DNA of 64,000 nucleotides from Octopus sinensis (Eukaryota), in the NCBI RefSeq assembly GCF_006345805.1, contig NC_043005.1, positions 61,690,001-61,754,000 of the forward strand. Direction: 5' to 3'. The translations under genes and the position numbers were made by a program. Under the pieces are notes generated by a model. The model ran no database searches and was not told the DNA's origin. It saw only the letters and a list, made by a program, of their open reading frames with translations. Position 1 is the stretch's first letter. The number at the start of each line of letters is the position of its first letter. Positions 55,856 through 64,000 of this stretch are shown piece by piece.

Positions 55856-55944
55856 TTAGAGATAGTTGGGTATAATAATGCTTTTAATGTAGACGGTGAA
55901 TCTTTTTGGAAGTTCTCTTCTTTTTCTTTCTAGGACTGAGTTTC
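55856..55944 (-). CDS. Putative terminal coding exon of an unidentified host gene: (R)NSVLERKRRELPKRFTVYIKSIIIPNYL*
   Basis: Strong acceptor ctttttctatttcttttcag; phase matches the upstream exon; AT-rich 3' UTR-like sequence follows. Confidence 0.5.
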
Positions 55945-56274
55945 CTGAAAAGAAATAGAAAAAGTAAGATGAATATTGGAAACAGATAAATCTCCGAGGA
56001 GAAAAAAAAAAAAAACATGAGGTCAAATGACTATCTCATTTGATGGGTAACATACGAGTAAAGTTCTTGTCTCTTGATCCAAAATTGGGTTAAACACTAA
56101 CTTTTCAAGTAAACTTTCAGTTAACATCAAAATCAGTTACATCTAAAAGAAAATACTTTAACTTTATTCACTGTTGCTGAATATGGCTTTGATAAAGAAA
56201 TCATAAAAATGATTTGACTCTGCACCATAACACCTTCTCATTGGTGAGTCAGCAGTGGTGGCCACATCACTTAC

Positions 56275-56318
56275 TTGCCATCTCCTCCTGGATTCTAGCT
56301 AAATTCTTCTCAGTTGCT
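56275..56318 (-). CDS. Putative 44-nt exon ATEKNLARIQEEMA
   Basis: ttacag acceptor, gtaagt donor; phase 2 to 1. Confidence 0.5.
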
Positions 56319-57189
56319 CTGTAACCAGCATAAACCTTCAGTTAACATCCAACATACTCTTTTATCCTTTTCTTGATTTTGGTTGCAGGATTGCAGTTGT
56401 GCCAGGAGCACGGCCGTCAAGAATTTAAACAGTCATATTGTCTGCAGGATTTATCTCAATCAATTGAATATTTATACATCTTTGATGATCCACCAAGTTA
56501 TAAACACACACAAATTCATGCATATCTACATGCATACATCATCATCATCATTATCGTCATCATTTAATGTCCATTTTCCATGCTGGCATGAGTTACAAGG
56601 TTTGACTGAATCTGATAAGCTGGAGAGCTGCACCAGGCTCCAGTCTGTTTTGGTTTAGTTTCTATGACTGGATGCGCTTCCTAATGTCAACCACCCCACA
56701 GAATGTACCCCGTTTGGTCATGAATGAGCAACGGATTGCACCTACAAAGTTTCCCTCTGAGGCACAAGTTGTTTGTGGAAGACCAGCAACAGATAATGTT
56801 GTATGTGGAAAACCAGCAGTTGCCCTTGCATACCAGTCTCCTCTCTCCACACCACTGATGTTGTCCAAGGGAAAGGTAAAGGCCTATACAGCTTGGTACC
56901 AGTGTTGTTACAGCTCATTTCTACAGCTGAGAAAATTGAAACAATGTGAAATAAAAGCAACTCATTTCTACAGCTAAATAAACTGCAGCATCATGAAATG
57001 AAATGTCTTGCTCAAGAACACAACACACAGCCCAGTCTTGGAATCAAACTTACAACCTCATGATTGTAAGCCTGATACTCTAGCCACTGAGCATCTTTAA
57101 GAAGTTATTATTATTATGACCTGAAACCTTGACACATGATGAAGAATACTCCAACAGTAGACTGCTAATAACTCATCGTTACTCTTTAC

Positions 57190-57242
57190 CGGTGGCTACA
57201 AAGATGCTCCCTTGTTGATTTAGTATGTTTTAGTTGAGTCAC
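57190..57242 (-). CDS. Putative 53-nt exon VTQLKHTKSTREHLCSHR
   Basis: aattttcatcag acceptor, gtaaag donor; phase 0 to 2. Confidence 0.45.
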
Positions 57243-58194
57243 CTGATGAAAATTTGAGACTAAGACAGATAAATAAAGATATAACCCTTTTAGCTTTCGG
57301 ATTATTCTATCGAATGTAATGCTTATTTATATACATTGTTTTGGATTAATCATACATTATTTCATAGCTTGAAGATATCGATAATGTGATTGTTTAATTT
57401 TAGAAGATATTGTAGGGTAGGTGTGAGAAGCAAGATCCAGCCAGCTTGAACATAAAACAGGTAGGATGTATATGCCAGACATGATCAGTGTAAATGCTAA
57501 AGACAGGAAGATAATGTATCTAATGGTTCTAAAACAGATGTTCTTTATCATTGGTTTCATTATATGAAACAGATGAACAGTAATTATTCACTGTTGGATA
57601 AATTATAAGCCTACTGTAGATAGACTTATGATTATTGTAATCCCTAACCACTAAATTTTAGGCCTTGTACCTATATTAGAAATATATAGTTAATTTATAA
57701 TTTTATGTACGGAGGCCAATGGGAAGGATGGGAGTGCTCATGACATTAAATGTACATACAGTAAAGTCTCATACATATAACATAGCAAGCTGAAATACTT
57801 TGATCAACCAATTACTACATACAAACTACATTATTACTAATGCCTTGTAGTATTTGTTCTGGCTCTTTACGTCCAGAGTTCAAATCTTGCAGAGGTCAGC
57901 ATTGTGTTTCATCTTTTGAAGTCAATAAAATAAAATATCAGTTCCCTTTCCCCACCCCCCACCCCCAAATTTCTGTTCTTTTGCTCCGTGTTACAAATTA
58001 TTAATGACCTGGTACTGATTCTGAACTTAGACACTGATGTAGCGAAGATTAAATTCCTTGAGATGGTGCCCCAGCATGGCGATGATCCAATGACAGATAC
58101 ATTTTTATGTACTGCAATCAACTAACAGCTATAGACACATTTCTGGAAACAAGAAAGATTATATCAAGTTGAGTCTGGTTAGCTGGTTCCTTAC

Positions 58195-58231
58195 TAAATC
58201 CTTAAGTATTGTCTCCTGGTTCTCTAAACAG
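58195..58231 (-). CDS. Putative 37-nt exon CLENQETILKDL
   Basis: ttctgttgattcag acceptor, gtaagg donor; phase 2 to 0. Confidence 0.45.
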
Positions 58232-60247
58232 CTGAATCAACAGAAAATGTTTGCTTTGTCTCTAACAATATTGACTTGTTCAAATTTTCCAGCAGAGAAT
58301 CTTAAAGCCATTAAACTTAGAGGAAATGCTACAAATCTGAGGATGTTGGAAAATGAATATTTTGGTTACACTTCAGAACAATGAATTCTATTAATCAATG
58401 TAAGATTTGCAGCTTTACTCGAAGAAAACCAAAATAATCTTTTCTTTCTGTATCCTGCACGTGTTGTAGCAACATGTGAAAAAATACATACATCAAGTAT
58501 ACCATCATCATCATCATTATCATCGTCGTCGTTGTTTAACATCTGCTTTCCATGTTGGCATGGGTTGGATGGTTTGACTGAGGACTGGTGGGCCAGAAGG
58601 CTGAACTAGGCTCCAATCTGTTCTGGCAAAGTTTCTACAGCTGGATGCCCTGCCTAACAGCAACCACTCCATCTATAAATGTGTGTATGTGTGTGCATTA
58701 TATGTATATATGTGGCATTTACCATGCTTCTTTACATTCTGAGTTCAAATATTACAAATGTCAACTAAGCTTTCAACCTTCTAGTGGTCAATAAAAAAAA
58801 AAGGTACCAGCTAAGTACTGGCATCAATATAAACAACTATCCCATGTGACAAAAAAATCTCAGGCCTTGTGCCTATCTTAGAAATAAATCTTTTTCTCAT
58901 CTTCCTCCTTCTCCTCCACCCCTTCCTCATCATTATCATCATCATCATCATCTGTTATTTACTGCATAACACCAACTGCCACTTTAGATACAAAATAAGA
59001 AGAGAAAAGTAAGACAGAGAGAGAGAAAAAAATTAGAATCTTAAGTCAAAGAACATTTAATACAACGAAATGATAAATTCTCACCACCGGAGATCAAACC
59101 CAAATTAAAATTTGATACATTCAAATCAATATTTTCTAGAAAATGAAATATTTTGAAACACAAACAAACAAACGAAGTAACAGAGAAATAGGAAATCACT
59201 TAAAGATTTCGTTAAGAGAAATATAAACAAAAATTTATGAAAAAAAAAATATAATAATGATAATATTAATGTTATTAATATTTATAAAAAAATATTAATA
59301 ATGATTGCTCAGATAAACGAATACAATTTCCAGTATAATAATAATAATAATATAATAATAATAACAATAACAACAACAATAATAATAATAACAATGCCAA
59401 CAATGACGAAAATAGTAATAATAATGATGATGATGATGATGACAACAACGAAAACAACAACAACAATAATAATAATAATAATAATTGCTTCTGTTTATGA
59501 GAGATTTTTACCACTGAAACTTACTATTGATTAAGCTCCATGATTTCATGTTCTAGAAATGGAGAAACATTACAGTTTTGTTTTTGTTTTTCTTTCTTTA
59601 CATTTATTGATTATTAATAACATTAGCTTACCTAACACAAAATAATAATAATAATAATAATCTTTTCTATTATAGGCAAAAGGCCTGAACTACTGGGGTA
59701 GGGGGCTAGTCGATTACATCGACCCCAATGCTAGACTGGTATATATATGTATATATATATATAATGTATATATGTATATGCATGTATGTATACATACACA
59801 TCACACACATACACACAGACACCAAGCACACACTCTTTTAATCCTTTCATTAGCAACCCAGCTAAATCCGGCTCTGGCTCTGTAGTATAAATGTCTTGTT
59901 TTCATAAGTTTTCATTAAAATATACCACCAAACCTTAGTCGCAATGTATGTTTCTAAATTCTTTGTTATATTCAAAATAATTGAAAGAAACACTGAGCAT
60001 CACAAAATATATACAGTAATGAAAGGGTTAAAGAAAGGAAAAAGAGAATATAAGAAATTTGCTCTCTTGAACTGAAAAGAGAGAGGAGTGTATTAAAGGA
60101 GAAGATATAGTAATGAGAGAGGAAAGAGATGGGAAAAATCTCACAAGCTCCACTTGAAGAAATAACAAAATCAATATTAGCAGCACTTTAATGTAAAATT
60201 GTGACCATCCATACAGACCTCTGTATCCCTCTTTCAGCTGAGAAACC

Positions 60248-60472
60248 CTTTTCTTTATTGCCCACAAGGGGCTAAACATAGAGGGGACAAACAAGGACAG
60301 ACAAAGGGTTTAAGTCGATTACATTGACCCCAGTATGTAACTGGTACTTAATTTATCGACCCCGAAAGGATGAAAGACAAAGTCGACCTCAACGGAATTT
60401 GAACTCAGAATGTAATGGCAGACGAAATACGGCTACACATTTTGCCCAACATGCTAACATTTCTGCCAGCTT
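60248..60472 (-). mobile_element. SINE family A
   Basis: Reverse-orientation core. Confidence 0.85.
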
Positions 60473-60479
60473 GCCTACT

Positions 60480-60850
60480 CTTGCAGGTTCATAGGTGCTG
60501 GAGCCATGTAAAAGCACCTGTGCCTGTGACATTTAAAAGCACCAGTGTTCATGCAAATGTAAAAGCACCTGTGCTGGTACCACATAAAAGCACCTGTGCT
60601 AATGCCATGCAAAAACACCTGTGCCCGTGTCATGTAAAACTGCCCACACTGACACCATATATAAGACATGCAGTACACTTCGTAAAGCAGTTGGCATTAG
60701 GAAGGGCATCCAGCTGTAGAAACCATGCCAAAACAGACATGTGGAGCACAGTCAGCTCTCCAGCTGGTCAGCTCCTGTCGAACCGTCCAACCCCCAAGCC
60801 AGCATCGAGAACAGACATTAAGTGATGATGATGATGATGATGATGATGAC
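60480..60850. mobile_element. SINE family D ((GAT/CAT)n end) with internal AAAGCACCTGTGC tandem; relatives near 47870, 51760, 56540, 58510, 60855 and 62100
   Basis: Shared motif CAGCTGGATGCCCTTCCTAA.GCCAAC or its reverse complement. Confidence 0.7.
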
Positions 60851-61063
60851 GACGATGGCTTTTCCATGCTTACATGGGCCAACTGAAATTCATTCAGGTA
60901 GATTTTTGTACAGCTGGATGCCCTTCCTGTTGCATACCTTTACTTGTTTCCAAGCACGGTAACATTTAGCTATGACCAGACATGGTGTAGAGTAAGATTG
61001 GAAATGAAAGGCACTGTAACATGATTAGCCTCATTTACAAAATACAGCAAATGGCTTTCTTAC

Positions 61064-61105
61064 AGGTTCATATATGTCTCAAGCAGATTTGAACGGGCAA
61101 CAAGT
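61064..61105 (-). CDS. Putative 42-nt exon LVARSNLLETYMNL
   Basis: tattattgcag acceptor, gtaaga donor; phase 2 to 2. Confidence 0.45.
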
Positions 61106-61155
61106 CTGCAATAATATGCATCACAGCTGAGCACTTTTATTCCATATTGAAGTTA

Positions 61156-61545
61156 TCTCTATATATAAAGCTGAAGTTGTCTGTGTATGGCAGGTTTGGT
61201 AGCCTTCAACTAACACTATCTCCTCCAAAACCCTGTGGTGCAAGTTGACCAAAATTGAGAGTATGATAGAAGAAGGCTTGCTCTTCATTCCGTAGAAGAA
61301 AAAATTCAAATCGGACCATGTTAACACCAAAAATTATTTACATCAAAAAGGTACTATTTTTCTATGAAAATCCCTATTTTTTACGATTTTTTGACTGCTG
61401 TGTTGCCATTTCTCGGTGTATTTCAACCAGAAAAATGTTCACTTAAAGAGAATAACAAGCTACATAATGCAAAATTTTTACTTTTCAAAAATTCCAATTC
61501 TAAAGGGTTGAAACAAACCCGAGCAACGCCGGGCGATACTGCTAG
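61156..61545 (+). mobile_element. Non-autonomous Helitron (same termini as 11709 and 17516, largely different interior)
   Basis: TC start; identical 3' end AAACCCGAGCAACGCCGGGCGATACTGCTAG. Confidence 0.85.
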
Positions 61546-61579
<34 letters not shown>

Positions 61580-61953
61580 TTTTTTCTCTGTATGAGTTGG
61601 GTGTATTTTTAATGGTTATATGGAGGTTAAACAAAGTTATCCTGACATCATTTGGGTTTTTTCCTAACTTTCAAAAAATTCTTATCAACTGGATTATTGA
61701 TGCCATGAAGAAGTAAAAGATATAAGAGAAACTGATGGCCACTTTAGATGACAAGATAGATGAGCACTGACTATCATACCAGAGAACTTTTGAACATACT
61801 ATCAATCAGACAAGATACATGTGTGTGTGTGTGTGTGTGTGCCTGGCTGTATGTGTGTATATACATGTGTGTATGCTTCTATGTGTGCATATATATACAT
61901 ATATATGCATGTGTACAATAATGTGTGTGCATGTGAATGGATGTCTGATGTGT

Positions 61954-61985
<32 letters not shown>

Positions 61986-63717
61986 GCACATGTATGTGTC
62001 TGTATGTATATATGTGTATGTGTGTGGATATATTTAGTTATCTATGTGTATATCTATCTACATATATATATATATAATCATCATCATCATCAACATCATC
62101 ATCATTTAGTATCCACTTTCAAAGCTGGCATGGGTTAGATGGTTTGACTGGAATTGGTAGGCAGGAGAGCTATCCACCTGACTGGCCCCCATGCTGGTGG
62201 CACGTAAAAAGCACCCACTACACTCTTGGAGGGGTTGGCGTTAGGAAGAACATCCAGCTGTAGAAACTTTGCCAGATCAGAGTGGAGCCTGGTGCAGCTT
62301 CCTGGTTTACCAGTCCTCAGTCAAACCATCCAACCCATGCCAGCATGGAAAGCAGACGTTAAACAATGATGATGATGATGATGATGATATATCATTATGT
62401 CTAAGTATGTGTACATGTGCAACTAGATCTACAAACAGAAGCTCAGAAACAGGCAGTGAAATACACAGATGTACATACAGATACAAAGATGGTGAAGTGA
62501 TGTGGATTCAATAACCTGTTTGAAAATGTATCATTTGTAGCTGACCACAGCAATAAACTAGAGTTAAGGTCACGGTTTAGGAGAAAGAAAGACACATAAT
62601 AAAAAAGACTAAAACCAACATATTTTTACCCACTTTACAATGTGGAATGAATAGGAAAATGTGTAGCTACCATGTAAATTTATTGCGACTTTATGCAGTG
62701 AAGCTCAGCACCAAGCTACACATTTGATATATTTCTGCAAAGAGAAGTAGAGTTACATAAAGCCGACTTGCAGGTTAATCCACCTGGAATAATGTTAAAA
62801 TTTCAAATTGACTGTTCAGTTGTAATGTTTTATTGCTGTATTGTTTCCATGTAAAGTTTTGTGAACATTTGTGTACCCAATGCTAACTTAGGTATATGTT
62901 TGTAAAATGCATTTGTATGTACATGTGGTTAAGTATGAGACTATATGTGGTGTGACTGTATGTGTACATATACATGTGTGTAAACATGCATGTGAATATA
63001 TATATATATATGTGTGTGTATGTATGTATATATATATATATATGTATGTGCATGTATGTATATATATATGTACACATACACACACATTGTCCTTTTAATG
63101 TCTCTACTTTTCCATGGTTTCATGGGCCAGGTGAGAACTTTGTTGAAGCAAAGCAAAATTTTCTACCTGCTGTCAACCCCTACCTGTTTCCAAGGAAGTT
63201 AATAATTCCCCCCCTGTCTATCAAGCAATGAAAAGCCTGGACATGCTTTCATAAAGGACTGCAAACAAACAACATTGTCTGTATGAATGGTGATGCTTTT
63301 GATAACAGTCAGCACACACATACATGTATATATATGTATATGTAAATATATGTATATGGTTGTGTGTATGTATATATATATATAAGGTGTGTTATTATGA
63401 GCATTTATAGGACACATATCCTATATAAACTCAACACACAAAGATGGAGAAGAGATGTTAAAGGATGAAATTGAACTCTGCCTTATATATATATATATAT
63501 ACACTATAGGCTTCTAGTTCCTAATAAATTTCCCTCATAAGGTATTGGTCAGGTATAGTAGAAAACACAAGCCAACAGCAGCCATCTATCGAAAGTGAAC
63601 CCAAATTGTGGTTTTGAAGCAATTTCTTAATCATACAAGTATGCATGTTCAATAATATATAGACACAAGCATATTTAGGTCTATACATACCTTTTCCCTT
63701 TTTTTGACAAATAAATA

Positions 63718-64000
63718 CACGCACTATATATTCATTCTTCACTCGTTTAATTACTGTTCTTATTTTAACTCATATCCATTGTCCAGAAATCGTTCATCAC
63801 ACATTTGTGACCTCTTCAGTGACACTTTCCATCCTCATGTCTGCTCCAGCTCTGCTTAGTCCATTCTGTTCTTCTATGACATCATAGAAGAAAGTGTTGC
63901 TGAAGAGATCACAGATGGGTGACAAAAAATTTCCGGACAATGGACATGAGTTAAAATAAGAACAGTAATAAATGAGTGAAGAACAAATATATAGTGCGTG
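63718..64000. repeat. Inverted repeat with divergent hammerhead relics; runs off the window end
   Basis: 63718-63829 vs 63890-64000; CTGAAGA g(g/a)tcac-loop-gtga on both strands (63813-63819 minus, 63900-63906 plus). Confidence 0.8.

Noticed and set aside
57243-57270. CTGATGA hammerhead core
   Set aside because: No stem II or GAAA partner; better explained as a minus-strand splice acceptor
60223-60241. Extra 19-nt exon of the minus-strand gene
   Set aside because: Weak donor, and it creates a stop when joined after the 61064-61105 exon
60490-60640. CRISPR-like spaced repeats (AAAGCACCTGTGC)
   Set aside because: Short degenerate tandem inside a SINE in eukaryotic DNA; no cas genes

Overview
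AT-rich, repeat-saturated animal genomic DNA; the SINE families and the very high (TA)n/(CA)n/(ATT)n microsatellite load resemble an octopus or other coleoid cephalopod (inference). Almost all ORF-track entries are microsatellite artefacts. The one long real ORF (12910-14526, +) belongs to a 5'-truncated Penelope-like retroelement (RT + GIY-YIG) inserted in (TA)n, with a type I hammerhead ribozyme near its 3' end. The strongest signal in the window is a dense set of hammerhead (HHR) motifs from several sequence-distinct families. Many occur as head-to-head inverted pairs forming fold-back palindromes (7990-8730, 20893-22285, 22561-23313, 44715-44845, 63718-64000). One sits in a 579-nt, terminally redundant, retrozyme-like unit (24552-25173). 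Also present: decayed Tx1/L1, RTE, Tc1/mariner and a second PLE; non-autonomous Helitrons; at least five SINE families with TSDs and nesting; and a phase-consistent chain of small minus-strand exons (61105 to 55856) that is probably the 3' end of a host gene. All alignments and folds were done by eye.
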